The notes beneath the pieces were generated by a model. The model saw nothing but the letters and a program-made list of their open reading frames with translations, was not told where the DNA came from and did no database searches. From Calditrichia bacterium (GTDB lineage: Bacteria; Calditrichota; Calditrichia; JAJRVZ01): a DNA stretch of 64,000 bases. This document shows, piece after piece, positions 21,545 to 33,712 of this stretch (positions are counted from its first letter, which is position 1; each line of letters opens with the position of its first letter). The stretch spans positions 64,001-128,000 of the forward strand of contig CAVZSQ010000017.1 in the NCBI GenBank assembly GCA_963777955.1, written 5' to 3'. Position numbers and translations under genes: made by a program.

Positions 21545-23713
21545 CTAAAATTGTCTTTTTCTTTCTCTGGTGGGCGATTGTTTCCCTGTATGGACATCAC
21601 ATTCTTCAGTGGGTGCATATTTCATAATAAACATTTCATCGATAGTCTGTGGGCAAAGAGGGGTAGCTAACTTTTTTGTTTCTTTACAAATTTTAAGGTG
21701 TACCACATTCGGGGCAACCTCAAATTGGGCTGCAGGAAATTGCAACGAATCATATACCGTTTGCATGAATTGTCCCCAGAAGGGCAAAGCTGCTAAAGAG
21801 CCTGTTTCGCCCCTCCCCAGCGATAATTGAGGATCATCGAATCCAACCCACACTCCGGCCGAAAGTTGGGGGGTAAATCCGACAAACCAGGCATCAGTAT
21901 ACTCATTGGTGGTACCTGTTTTACCGCCGACAGGCATAGTCAACTGATAATCTCTTCTTAAAGAATAACCGGTGCCGTAGTTCACTACTCCTTGCAGCAG
22001 ATTATTCATTATATAGGCTGTTTCAGGACGTAGTACTTCCCGCCCAGGTGAGCGGTTTTGGTATATTACATTACCGGTTTTATCCTCAATCCTGGTAATC
22101 GAAATGGGATTAAAATATATCCCATTATCGGAAAAAACGCTGAAGGCCGAAACCATATCAAGCAGATAAACTTCCGAAGATCCCAGTGCCAGTGACGGTA
22201 CCGCCCTTAGGTTGGTTTTAATACCCATTCTTTTGGCATAATCAACCACCAGCGACGGTCCAATTTCCTGAATCAGACGGATGGTCACCAGATTTTTTGA
22301 ACCGGCTAATGCTTCGCGCAGTGTCATTAAACCTGAAACGTCATTCTCATAATTATGAGGTGTCCAGCGGGTTCCATCATCATTGATCAGCACAAAGGGT
22401 TGATTCAGGAATTCATCCGCCGGGGAGTAGCCATTGTCTATGGCGGCAGTAAAAACAAAAGGCTTAAAGGCTGAGCCGGGCTGGCGCGGAGCCTGTATGG
22501 CGCGATTGTATTTGTATTTGTCAAAATCCCTGCCGCCGATCATAGCCAGGATATGACCGCTGTGCGGATCGAGACAGATAAAAGCAATCTGTACCGTGGT
22601 TAATTCATTGAACAATGAATCAGTTATGGTCGAATCTGATCTGCTATGCAGACGTTGTTGCAAGGAAGATTTATAACGGACCCGTTTCTGGAATTCAGGC
22701 ATAATTGTCTGTACCGCCATATTCATATAGCGTTGAATGCGGGTATCCAGCGTAGTATAAATCCGCAATCCATCCTCATACACATTGACCTGCAGTGAAT
22801 CCTGTAATTGGTTCATCTGTACCCGGATGTATTCAGTGAAATAAGGAGCTATTTTCTTCGTCTCAGAAGCGGGTTTGAGCCGCAGGGGTATTTGTTTTAA
22901 TGAATCATATTCAGCTCTGGTCAGATACCCTTCTTTAATCATGGCATGTAAAACAATATTCCGTCGTTGCAGGCCCCGTTGTGGATTATTTATGGGATTA
23001 TAAGCGCTTTGCGCCCGCAGCAAGCCAATCAACACCGCGCATTCCTCTACGGTAAGCTCTTCGGTATTTTTAGAAAAATAGGTTTGAGCCGCGGATTGTA
23101 TTCCATAAGCATTACTGCCAAAAAAATTGACGTTCAGATACATTTCTACAATTTCACGCTTGGAATAGGTCCGTTCAATCTGAATCGCGGTTAATATCTC
23201 TTTAATCTTGCGGGTCCAGGTCCTGGCCAAGCCAAAATAAAGATTGCGGGACAGTTGCATGGTCAGGGTACTGCTGCCTTGAACTATACGCAGATGGGCT
23301 AAATTCACCAGTAACGCCCGGAAACCGGCGGAGATGTCAACTCCCCAATGACTGTAAAATCGTCTGTCTTCGGTAGCTAATAAAGCCTGCACCAGATAAT
23401 CGGGAAATTTATGATAGGGTACGATCGTTCGATTCTTATAATGAAAATTATCGATGATCTGACCATCACTGGAATATACCTGAGAAGCCAGAGAAGGATC
23501 TATGTGTTCCAGTTTGGTAAGAGAGGGCAAATCCTGGCTGATATACCAGAGAAAGAGGGCAATACCTGCACAGATTATCACTGCCAGGACTATCAACAAC
23601 ATTCTGATCCTTTGTGAGCCTGCAGCGGCCGGATTTGAATTTGTCCGGTCCGGTCGAAATTTCATAGAACTCCGGTTATCGTCGTAGATATTTGACCTGC
23701 GTTTACGCTTCAT
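21545..23713 (-). CDS. mrcA: Penicillin-binding protein 1A (transglycosylase/transpeptidase)
   Basis: ATEDRRFY, QGSSTLTMQL, RKIKE, SAFK, SKN and KTGT motifs. Confidence 0.9.
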   Translation of the reverse strand: MKRKRRSNIYDDNRSSMKFRPDRTNSNPAAAGSQRIRMLLIVLAVIICAGIALFLWYISQDLPSLTKLEHIDPSLASQVYSSDGQIIDNFHYKNRTIVPYHKFPDYLVQALLATEDRRFYSHWGVDISAGFRALLVNLAHLRIVQGSSTLTMQLSRNLYFGLARTWTRKIKEILTAIQIERTYSKREIVEMYLNVNFFGSNAYGIQSAAQTYFSKNTEELTVEECAVLIGLLRAQSAYNPINNPQRGLQRRNIVLHAMIKEGYLTRAEYDSLKQIPLRLKPASETKKIAPYFTEYIRVQMNQLQDSLQVNVYEDGLRIYTTLDTRIQRYMNMAVQTIMPEFQKRVRYKSSLQQRLHSRSDSTITDSLFNELTTVQIAFICLDPHSGHILAMIGGRDFDKYKYNRAIQAPRQPGSAFKPFVFTAAIDNGYSPADEFLNQPFVLINDDGTRWTPHNYENDVSGLMTLREALAGSKNLVTIRLIQEIGPSLVVDYAKRMGIKTNLRAVPSLALGSSEVYLLDMVSAFSVFSDNGIYFNPISITRIEDKTGNVIYQNRSPGREVLRPETAYIMNNLLQGVVNYGTGYSLRRDYQLTMPVGGKTGTTNEYTDAWFVGFTPQLSAGVWVGFDDPQLSLGRGETGSLAALPFWGQFMQTVYDSLQFPAAQFEVAPNVVHLKICKETKKLATPLCPQTIDEMFIMKYAPTEECDVHTGKQSPTRERKRQF

Positions 23714-23868
23714 TGTCCAGGGAACATTTAATTTATTGGTTAATATATAGTCATATATATACCTTCGTATGAAAAATAAACAGATTAAAAAATTAATGCA
23801 AGAACTTTACAGACAGTTTCCAAATTTGCACTTGTTATTAAGATTTAAGCCAAGTAAATTAAAAATTC

Positions 23869-25656
23869 ATGAAAATAAGATATTTTATACTGCTGATCAC
23901 ATTGCTCGTGGTACAGTGCAGCGCACCACGAACCGGTTATGTGGTTACACCTGTAGATAAAGAACGTCTGTTAAAAGCCCGCGATCATTTTACCGCCGGT
24001 TTATTCTATCAGCTGGAAAATAACCATGAACAGGCCCTGATTGAATTTTACCAGGTCCTGCTCTATGATTCCCTCTCCACCGAAATTTATAACCGCATCG
24101 CCGAAAACCATATGGCCCTGGGCCGTTATGAAAGTGCTCTGCGCTATCTGCAAAAATCTCAGGGTCAGAAACCCGGCGAAACAGAAACAACCCGTCTGAT
24201 TGCAGAATGTTATTACCGGCTTAAGGATGATGAAAAAGCAATCTATTACCTGAACCTGGTGCTTACCCTTGATCCCCTGGATGAGAATTCCCGGGCCTTG
24301 TTATTGCTGCTTTATCGTAAAACCAATAATCAAATCGGCATGGCGCGGCAATATGAAAAAATGATCGAAGTATACGGTGAGGATGAAGACTGGGTGCGCC
24401 GGGCCGCGACTATCTACCTGGAGAGCGGGCAGATTGATGAAGCTTTGATGCTGTTTCAGTCCTATCTGAATACCGATTCGACCAATGCGGGCATGTGGTA
24501 CAGTGTGGGTACAGCTTATGAGTTGAAAAATCAACCGGATGACGCTGTCAGCGCCTATGAAAAATCCTTAAAATATCTTCCTAAATTTGAACCACCGGCC
24601 CGGGAAATTTATGAGATCTGCCGGAAAAAAAATCAATGGGATAAAATTCTTAATGTCTTCCAATCATTGCATCAGGCTGAACCGACGATATTATTTTACC
24701 GCCTGATTCTGGCCGAAGCCTACCTTAATAAAGATCAATTTCAGCAAACCCGGGAATTGCTGTTGCCCGTGTCTGACCAGCAGGGCTTGCCCTGGCAGGT
24801 TTACGAATTACTGGGCCGCGCCGATATGGAAGAAAAAAAATATCCGAGTGCGGACAATTATTTTCAAACCATCATCGATAAAGATGCTCATAATCCTATG
24901 GGCTGGCTGTTGAAAGGCTTTGTGCTTTCCGACATGGACAGTTTGACCCGGGCCGAACAGCATTATCGCCATTCACTGGAATACCTGCCTGATAATTCCT
25001 ATCTGTTGTCCTTTCACGGCATCAGCCTGAGCAGGCTGGGCCGGGATGAAGAAGCACTGCTGCCGCTAAGCAAGGCCATTGATAAAGATTCAACGAATAT
25101 AAATGCCTGGCTTTCCTACGGATTTGCCTTGAATCGCCTGAATCGCAATTCCGCTGCGGCACTGGCCCTGGAGAAAGTACTTAAACTGGACCCGACCAAC
25201 CTGACGGCCTTAACCACCCTGGGCATGATTTATGATACCATGCAACTATTTTCCAGATCCGATAGTATTTACGAACATGCCCTGCAACTATATCCGGAAA
25301 ATGACTTGCTGATGAATAATTATGCCTACAGCCTGGCCGAGCGGGATGAAAAATTGGAATACGCCCTGGAACTGGCGCTGAAAGCCATCGAGGCCAAACC
25401 GGAGAATGGCGCTTATCTCGATACGGTGGGATGGATTTACTACAAACTGGATAAATTCCAACAGGCCCTCTCGTATATTCAACAATCACTGGCCAACCGT
25501 GAAAATAGCGCTGTGGTGATCGAACACCTGGGTGATGTCTATCTTAAATTAAATCAGCTCTCCGCAGCGGTTAAATGCTGGCGGCGGTCGCTGGAACTTA
25601 CTACCGATCAGGAAACCTTAAAACGCAAACTAGAGCAATATGAGCACGAAAAATAA
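23869..25656 (+). CDS. TPR-repeat lipoprotein
   Basis: Lipobox-like VVQC; many TPRs; NNYAY..YLDTVGW..EHLGDVY. Confidence 0.85.
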   Translation: MKIRYFILLITLLVVQCSAPRTGYVVTPVDKERLLKARDHFTAGLFYQLENNHEQALIEFYQVLLYDSLSTEIYNRIAENHMALGRYESALRYLQKSQGQKPGETETTRLIAECYYRLKDDEKAIYYLNLVLTLDPLDENSRALLLLLYRKTNNQIGMARQYEKMIEVYGEDEDWVRRAATIYLESGQIDEALMLFQSYLNTDSTNAGMWYSVGTAYELKNQPDDAVSAYEKSLKYLPKFEPPAREIYEICRKKNQWDKILNVFQSLHQAEPTILFYRLILAEAYLNKDQFQQTRELLLPVSDQQGLPWQVYELLGRADMEEKKYPSADNYFQTIIDKDAHNPMGWLLKGFVLSDMDSLTRAEQHYRHSLEYLPDNSYLLSFHGISLSRLGRDEEALLPLSKAIDKDSTNINAWLSYGFALNRLNRNSAAALALEKVLKLDPTNLTALTTLGMIYDTMQLFSRSDSIYEHALQLYPENDLLMNNYAYSLAERDEKLEYALELALKAIEAKPENGAYLDTVGWIYYKLDKFQQALSYIQQSLANRENSAVVIEHLGDVYLKLNQLSAAVKCWRRSLELTTDQETLKRKLEQYEHEK

Positions 25657-26433
25657 ATTCTTCATTTTATCCCTGCTGCTGCTGATGAGTTGCGCTAATC
25701 CCAAATTCGTTCTGGATACTCAAAAAGTATCATTCCGCCAACTTCTGGAATACGTGGAAAACGAACAACAGCAGTCAAAGCTTTGCAGGCGGTCTCACGC
25801 ATTACCATAGATTCCAAAGAGTTCAGCGGACATTTTTATGCCAATATCCTGTATCAGCAAAGCGATTCGTTACTGATCACCGTTAACGGCCTGTTCGGTC
25901 TTGACGCCGGCAATTTATTTATTGGCAAAGACCGTTTTATTTTTTATAATCAAATTACCAATAAGTTTTATAATGGTTCGGTGCAGGATTTCAAATCCAG
26001 AAGATTCATGCAATTCCCGCTGTCTATTTCCGAACTGTCGAACATTTTGCTCGGTAAAGAAAATTTTACGATCATGAAAATCATGGACTACTCGGTGCAG
26101 CAAAATTCATTCCTGATCAAGGCACAAAACGGCGACCTGAATTATAATATCTGGATTGATAATCGCAGCGGCCACATCTTCAAATTGCATGCATACAAAT
26201 TTGACCAGCTGCTTTTCACCCGTGAATATGGTGATTTTATCAAACAAAACGGTATTTATTTTCCCCGTAAAATTATTATGAACCAGGTCGAGGAACACCA
26301 GTCGATAGCCGTCTATTATACCGAACTGAAAATCAATAAAAAAATAAATCCGGATAAATTTGACATTAAAATATCCGATACCGCCCAGCAAATCGATATC
26401 ACCTTAAGTCAGGAAAACAACAAGCAGGAATAA
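25640..26433 (+). CDS. DUF4292/LolB-like lipoprotein, frameshifted near 25770
   Basis: ATG at 25640 with LLMSC lipobox; remainder in ORF 25783-26433; follows the TPR gene. Confidence 0.6.
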
Positions 26434-26435
26434 AT

Positions 26436-27360
26436 ATGGATCTTTCCATTGTCATACCGCTGTATAACGAACAGGACTCACTGGCTGAATTAGTAACCAG
26501 TCTCAGTTTGCAAGCTTAAACCGTTAAATTTAAAATATGAGATCATCTTTGTAGATGATGGCAGCAACGACGGATCCTTGCAGGTCCTGAAATCTTTACG
26601 CCCCCGGTTTCCGCAAATAAAAATATTAAGTTTCCGTAAAAACTATGGCAAGAGTGCGGCACTGTCCCAGGGATTTAAAATTGCTGCCGGTACGATCGTC
26701 ATTACCATGGACGCCGATTTACAGGATGATCCTGCCGAAATTCCCCGCTTGATCCAGCAGATAAATTCCGGTTATGATATGGTTTCGGGCTGGAAAAAGA
26801 AAAGACATGATCCATTGCGGAAAACAATCCCCTCAAAATTTTTTAATTTTACCACAGCCCGGCTAAGCGGAATAAAAATTCATGATTTCAATTGCGGGCT
26901 CAAAGCCTACCGTCAGGAAGTCATCAAGGATATTCCCGTCTATGGCGAACTGCACCGTTATCTGCCGGTACTGGCCCACCGTAAAGGGTATTCGGTCGGT
27001 GAAATTGTCGTACAACATCATCCGCGCAAATACGGATCGACCAAATACGGCTTTCGCCGGTTTTTCGAGGGATTCTTCGACCTGTTAACTGTATTATTCC
27101 TTACCCGCTACCGGCAAAAGCCACTGCATCTGTTCGGGCTTTTTGGCTTAGTCTCTTTCTTCTTTGGATTTTTAATATCCGCTTTCCTGACCATCCAATG
27201 GTTCCAGGGTCATCCTATCGGTAACCGCCCGTTATTATTTCTGGGAATATTATTAATTATTGTGGGTATGCAATCTTTTTCCATCGGTTTAATCGGAGAA
27301 ATGATAACCAATGTAAAAGACGAAGAACGCATCTATTCCATCAAAGAAAAAATGATATAA
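26436..27360 (+). CDS. Glycosyltransferase family 2 (DPM/ArnC-like), frameshifted near 26510
   Basis: MDLSIVIPLYNE, VDDGSND, NYGKSAAL, MDADLQDDP and two C-terminal TMs. Confidence 0.85.
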
Positions 27361-27378
27361 CACCTGAAGGACAAGGTC

Positions 27379-29095
27379 ATGGCCGCTAAGAGTTATTTTG
27401 TTCATGAATCCAGTTATGTGGATGAACCGTGTGAGATCGGCAGCGGAACCAAAATATGGCACTTTTCCCATATTATGAAGAATTCCAAAATCGGGGAAAA
27501 TTGCAACATCGGCCAGAACGTGGTAATCTCACCCGAAGTGGTTCTGGGCAATAATGTCAAAATCCAGAATAACGTCTCTGTGTATACGGGAGTGATCTGC
27601 GAAGATGATGTTTTTCTGGGACCATCAATGGTCTTTACCAATGTCAGTAATCCGCGCAGTCATGTGATCCGGCGTCATGAATACCAGGCTACGCGGGTTA
27701 AAAAAGGAGCCTCCATCGGCGCTAATGCGGTAGTAGTGTGCGGTCACGATATCGGTAACTATGCCTTTATCGGCGCCGGTGCCGTGGTCACCAAAGATGT
27801 TCCTGATTATGCGCTGGTGCTGGGCAATCCGGCCCGTATCGCCGGCTGGATGTGCTATTGCGGAGTCCGGCTGAATTTTAATAACAGCAAACAGGCAAAT
27901 TGTACCGCCTGTGGAAAGGAATACCATATGATCAATGAAAATAAAATTGAACAAAAAACCGAATCAGCTGTTGTAAGCAGTGTGCCGCTGCTTGATTTAA
28001 AATTACAGTATGCCTCGATCAGACAGGCCATTGAACCTGCGATCAAAGAGGTCGTTGAATCACAGTACTTTATACTGGGACCAAAAGTTAAAGAACTGGA
28101 AGAGAAAGTAGCCGAATATTCACAGACAAAATACGGGGTCGGAGTCTCTTCCGGTACCGATGCTTTATTGATGGCCCTGATGGCTCTGGATATCCGCAGC
28201 GGTGACGAGGTGATCACCACACCTTATTCCTTTTTCGCCACGGCCGGTGTTATTACCCGCCTCGGTGCCAAACCGGTATTTGTCGATATTCAAGCCGATA
28301 CCTTTAATCTGGACCCCGCTAAAATCGCAGCAGCTATTACCAGGAAAACTAAAGCGATAATTCCCGTACATCTGTTTGGCCAGCTGGCCGACATGGACCC
28401 CATCATGGAAATTGCCGCTAAACATAAAATTCAGGTCATCGAAGATGCAGCCCAGGCCATCGGTTCCGAATACAAGGACGGCAGACGCGCGGGATCCATC
28501 GGACAGCTGGGATGCTTTTCTTTCTTCCCCAGTAAAAATCTGGGAGCTTTCGGGGATGCCGGCATGGTGGTTACCCAGGATAAAATGCTGGCTGAAAAAT
28601 TGCAGCAGACTGCGCGTACACGGGGCCGAATTGAAATACTATCACAAATTTGTCGGCGGTAATTTTCGTATTGATACCCTGCAGGCGGCCATCCTGGTGG
28701 TAAAAATCTCTTACCTCGATTCCTGGACAACTAAACGCCAGCAGAATGCCCGTGATTATATTTCGATGTTTAAAGCGAAAGGACTGGATAAAATTCTTGA
28801 CCTGCCGGTCAGCCTGGATCATTATCGTCACATTTTCAACCAGTTTGTGATCCGCGCTCCCAAACGGGATCAGCTGCTGAAATACCTTAAAGAATGCAAC
28901 ATCGGCTGTGAAATCTATTATCCGGTTGCTTTACATAATCAGGCTTGTTTTGCCTACCTTAATTATAAGCAGGGTTCCTTCCCGGTTTCAGAACAGGCTG
29001 CTGCCGAGACCCTGGCCATTCCGATTTATCCGGAATTGACCCTGGCCCAGAAACAATACGTGGTAGATAAAATACATGAATTCTATTCCAAATAA
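27379..29095 (+). CDS. Fused hexapeptide N-acetyltransferase (WbpD/WlbB-like) and DegT aminotransferase (WbpE/WlbC-like), frameshifted near 28610
   Basis: [26 protein letters not shown], then [21 protein letters not shown]-terminus in ORF 28376-29095. Confidence 0.85.
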
Positions 29096-30649
29096 ATATG
29101 CACCGGTTTTTCTGATTTGTACTTTTTTGCATACTATGCTAGCAGCTCAGGTCATACAATATCTTGGCGCGGATCGGTTCACACATTATGCCTATGATGA
29201 CTGGATCTCCTACGCCCCTGCCTTAAACATCACCTCGATCGATATGGATGATAATTACGTTTATTTTGCCACCTCGCGTGGTGGAATATTGCGCTACGAT
29301 AAATATCAGAATATCTGGGATTATCCGTTCACCACCAGCAATGGCTTGCGCAGTAACCGTGTCCGGCAGGTAGTCTATAGTGCTGAAGATCTCTTTCTGT
29401 ACGCTGCCACCTCCGCCGGAATTGATCTCTATAATCCTGCGGAAAGGTACTGGCACCCTGCTGATTTCAGCAAACTGCCTCCCCGTATATCACCTGCCGC
29501 AGTTGAACTTGAAGGGATGGATCAGGATAAAAATTTTCGTTATCCCCCTTATTATCGCCCGGCTAATTCAGCCCTGCCTAATTTTTTTACTGAAATATAT
29601 CTCACCTATCAGCCAGGGGGTACTCTCTACGACCGTTACAACCGGGATTTTAATTTTACCGACCGGATTGTCGATCAGCTGGCAGAGACTCTGGATCGGC
29701 AGTAACGGAATGGGTCCGTTGAAAGCCGACCTTTACAATCTGCGCCTGGAATCGTTGCCTCAATCGCTGCCATTCATCAGTCCCCGTGATATTTATCTGC
29801 GGGCTGACCAGGTCTGGATAGGTGGTTCGAATAACAACACCGGTATCGCCGGCATTACATTGTGGAATACCAGTGATAACAGTTGGCGGTATTTTGAAGC
29901 CCCATATATAAATACACTATATAAAGATGATGTCGTCGCTATAGACGGCGACAAAACTCACATCGTCTTCGCCACCATTGATGGTGTGGTCATTTATACA
30001 CCGGCTAAAAACAAGTGGCTTACTTTAAACAGCCAGGCCGGTCTGGAGGGTGACCGGGTTAACGATGTTCTGGTTAAGGGCGATGTAGTTTACGTGGCCT
30101 CAGAATTCGGATTCAATTGGATCAGTCTCAATTCGCTGAAAGTTTATGAATCCGCTCAAACCGTACTTGATCATGTACGGATCAGTCAGTTAGACTTATA
30201 AAGACAGTCTGATCTGGGCTGCCACGCGGTCTGGATTATTCAGCATTGATATAAATCAGGATATAATCAAAAATCATCCCTCTCATGCGGCGATGGTTGA
30301 TTATGATCTGACTGCCATTGAAGCAGTTGCTGATGAAATCTGGATGGCTAACAAGAATGGTATTGCCTATTGGGATCAGCAGCGGGATGAATGGCATAGT
30401 TTCTCGAATTTAAATTTGCTGTTTTCAGTAAGAGATATCACCTATACCGAGAACTGTATCTGGTTTGCCACCGATAAAGGTTTGCTTAAATACAACCGCC
30501 GGCACGATTACTGGCGGATGTTTACCGAAAAAGACGGCCTGATCAGCCGGGATACCTACCATCTCGATCCACAGGATGAATATCTTTGGATTACCACCTC
30601 GGAAGGTATTACCCGTTTTCGCTGGCGAAGCGAAGAACGCATCGACTAG
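29076..30649 (+). CDS. Secreted beta-propeller protein, two frameshifts
   Basis: Repeated YFAT..G / W..FT..GL blades across ORFs 29076-29705, 29380-30201 and 30293-30649. Confidence 0.6.
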
Positions 30650-33069
30650 AGCCCTAATTCAAAACTGACCACAAAATTTCTGCCGGGACCGTTGAGGCCC
30701 GAACCATGTTCCCTGTAATTATAATCGAATAAATTCTCCACAGACAACCTGAGTATGGTATTTTCCGTGCTGTGCCAGCTCCCGCGTAAATTTACAATCC
30801 ACCAGCCGGGGGTGCCGCCTGGCGGAATACGCGGGTCATCTTTATCGTCAGCCGAGAGTCGATCCTGCTTTGCGGCAAAACGCAGGTAGAAATCAGCGGA
30901 GAACGCCGGCCCCGACCAGCCCAGACCAGCCAGTCCATATATTGGCGGGATCCCGCCCATGGGTTCATTAATTGCAGTATTCTGTCCAAAGGTGGATGTC
31001 AGATTGAAATACAGATTCAAATTCTTATAAAATTTGTAATGCAAGCTGGTTTCTAAACCTCTGATAAAGGCGCTGCCGGTATTTTGTTTACTTTTAATTT
31101 TATATTCCACACTGTCCCTGATCAGCGTGGCCGATCCCTGATAGGTTGCTTCTGCACTGGTTATCAGATCATGAATTGCTGCATAATAAACCGCTGCTCT
31201 GAAAACCAATCGGGAAAATTTTATTTCACCCCCCAGATCAATGCTGTTTAATTTTTCGGCTCGCAGATCTTTATTGGGAATTTCAAAAATATTGCCTTTG
31301 GATTCACCGAATTTTGACAAATCATTCAGATTGGGTGCACGAAAGGCCTGGGCCATATTCAATCTGAACAGAACCTGCGGCCAGGGTTTATAGATCATCC
31401 CCAGACTCCCTGTAAGCGACTGAAAATTCAAGTCGATTCCGCTTAGAGTAGAATCAAGCGCTTCCGCCGGCAAAAGATTGAAAGCGGTTTGGAAAAAACT
31501 CCATCTGATCCCGGAGACAACTGACCACTTTGAGTGCAACTCGATTTCATCCTGAACAAACATTCCCAGGCTGAGGTATGTCGAGTTATCCGGGTATCTG
31601 CCCCGCGAATCCCTGCTGAAATTTGAATCCATAGTGCCCCGTATAAAGCGCGCACTGGCTATTTTATCCCTGTAGATTTCCGTCCCCAGCGTTAATTGCT
31701 GTTTTCTAAAGGGAACAGTCAAACTTAACAACAGACCTGCTGTTCGTACCCGGTCACTTTCCCTGCTGAGAGCAGAACCGCTTGTCTTCTGCATCTCCCT
31801 GCCCTCCCGTTGTTCCTGGTAAGAAAGGGTGCCGCTAAAAGCAGCCAGCGACCGTGTCGATAAAATAGATTCATACTTTAAATAGAGCAGGTCGCGACTC
31901 TGCGGTTCATAGATCCAGCGGTAATAATTTTCTGTTTCGTACTTGTCATAGCGCGGAACATCATTCTGCCGGCAGTGCTGATAAAGCAGGGTCAGGGCCT
32001 GCAACGGCGTTAAACCAAAAAGTACTTTGGTATCCAGATCATAAGCATTAAAACCATTGGGCGACTGTTTCAGACCGTTGGTGGAGTTTTCAAGTTGCGG
32101 ATATTTACTGTTCGCACCGCGCCGCAGGTCGCCATAACTCTTATAACTGTAACCGGCCTGCACTGCCAGTTTACGGTAACTGAATGTAAAATCTCCATGA
32201 ATCGATTTTTCATTATCGGCACTGGCATAACGGCTAAAAAAATTAAAATCATAGTAGAATTGCCTGCTGTATAAATCCGGTTTTTTGCTGAGAACATTAA
32301 TGGTCCCGCCCAGGGCATCGCTGCCATATAATACAGATGCTGGTCCACGCACCACTTCAATTTCATCGGCCATGAACTGATCTACCGTCGTAAGGTATTG
32401 ATGACTACCCAGGCGATAAGTCGAATTGTTAATGCGGATGCCATCCACCAGTATTAAAATTTGATTTGAACTCAATCCGCGGATAATAGCTGAACCGCCG
32501 CCATGATTGGTTTTCTGAACAGCGATGCCCGCTTCTTCACGTAAGGCCTCCGCTGTGGTTTTGGCCTCGCGGTTTTTAATCAGGCTGGCTGGAATAATAT
32601 TTGTTTGTGCAGACACTTGTTCCGCAGATCGTTCGGAACGATTGGCGGTGACAATGATTTCACCGCTGGTATAAGTTCTGGATTCGAGAAAGACAGAATC
32701 CAATCGGGTGATCCCGGCTGCATTAATGCGCAGGTCAGAGATAATCTTGGTACGATAACCGAGGTGGACAAAAGTCACCGTGATAATTCCCGCTTCAATA
32801 TTTTGTATATTGAACAGTCCGGCAGCATCGGAACTCTCCACCCGGCCCAGGGCAGGAATTACTACGCGGACATCAGCAATCGGTTCAGCCGCCCTGCTAA
32901 AAATTCTGCCCTCGAGTTCTCCTGCAGGCAGTTTAGCCTGACCCTGAACCTGATTCTGCAAAAAGAGAAATAGTACCAGAAATACGGAATAAAGGATACG
33001 GAATGACAGGATAGATTTCGCTGACCGGTCGTGAGTTATAATCATTAATACTCCCCGTAAAATATACAT
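30646..33069 (-). CDS. TonB-dependent receptor
   Basis: Plug motifs IIRGL..ILVDG, IEVVRGPASVLYGSDALGG; C-terminal ENLFD..PGRNF. Confidence 0.95.
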   Translation of the reverse strand: MYILRGVLMIITHDRSAKSILSFRILYSVFLVLFLFLQNQVQGQAKLPAGELEGRIFSRAAEPIADVRVVIPALGRVESSDAAGLFNIQNIEAGIITVTFVHLGYRTKIISDLRINAAGITRLDSVFLESRTYTSGEIIVTANRSERSAEQVSAQTNIIPASLIKNREAKTTAEALREEAGIAVQKTNHGGGSAIIRGLSSNQILILVDGIRINNSTYRLGSHQYLTTVDQFMADEIEVVRGPASVLYGSDALGGTINVLSKKPDLYSRQFYYDFNFFSRYASADNEKSIHGDFTFSYRKLAVQAGYSYKSYGDLRRGANSKYPQLENSTNGLKQSPNGFNAYDLDTKVLFGLTPLQALTLLYQHCRQNDVPRYDKYETENYYRWIYEPQSRDLLYLKYESILSTRSLAAFSGTLSYQEQREGREMQKTSGSALSRESDRVRTAGLLLSLTVPFRKQQLTLGTEIYRDKIASARFIRGTMDSNFSRDSRGRYPDNSTYLSLGMFVQDEIELHSKWSVVSGIRWSFFQTAFNLLPAEALDSTLSGIDLNFQSLTGSLGMIYKPWPQVLFRLNMAQAFRAPNLNDLSKFGESKGNIFEIPNKDLRAEKLNSIDLGGEIKFSRLVFRAAVYYAAIHDLITSAEATYQGSATLIRDSVEYKIKSKQNTGSAFIRGLETSLHYKFYKNLNLYFNLTSTFGQNTAINEPMGGIPPIYGLAGLGWSGPAFSADFYLRFAAKQDRLSADDKDDPRIPPGGTPGWWIVNLRGSWHSTENTILRLSVENLFDYNYREHGSGLNGPGRNFVVSFELGL

Positions 33070-33191
33070 ATAAATCTATGTTGTAGTGACAATTTTTGAC
33101 ATTTCTTTACACAACTATAACATCTACTGGCAGTTCCCTTCGTACTTATAACAAGATGAAAAAATAAAAATTCATCTAGGAGGAATAGAAA

Positions 33192-33686
33192 ATGAAAAAT
33201 AAAAATTTTTACCTGGCTTTGTTAATCACTCTGGTTTTGACTTGCAGTGTTTTCGCACAGCAACAGGATCCTATCGACCGGGGTATTGAAAACTATTTAG
33301 CAGCCCTTAACTCAAAAAATGATGGCCTGATTGAATCGGCCATCATGAACCTCATGAAGTTAAAAACACTTCACCCTTCCCGTGATTATGCGAAGATCAT
33401 GTCTACCCTGGATCAGTTGACTCAAAAAACCTCTAATAAAACCATTCGCTACGAAGCGTTCATCTTGCTGCACTATCTGCAATACCCTGAACACTTCAAT
33501 TGGATTACATCCGGAGAGGATCAGCCGCTCGATGAGCTGCCTAGCCACGCTGCTGGTCAGAATCCATCAGCAAACGGAGTAGGGGCGCATCATTATTGGC
33601 CTCTGCTGATCTTCCGGGCAATCGATTATCTTCGCAACCCCTCGGGTCGGTCCCCGGGGGGTATTTATATTCATTTCTTTTTTTAG
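33192..33686 (+). CDS. Secreted hypothetical protein; true 3' end uncertain (probable frameshift)
   Basis: GGAGG RBS and signal peptide; C-terminal part reads through a terminator-like hairpin. Confidence 0.5.
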   Translation: MKNKNFYLALLITLVLTCSVFAQQQDPIDRGIENYLAALNSKNDGLIESAIMNLMKLKTLHPSRDYAKIMSTLDQLTQKTSNKTIRYEAFILLHYLQYPEHFNWITSGEDQPLDELPSHAAGQNPSANGVGAHHYWPLLIFRAIDYLRNPSGRSPGGIYIHFFF

Positions 33687-33712
33687 AGTAAAATAAAATA
33701 TATATTTATAGC

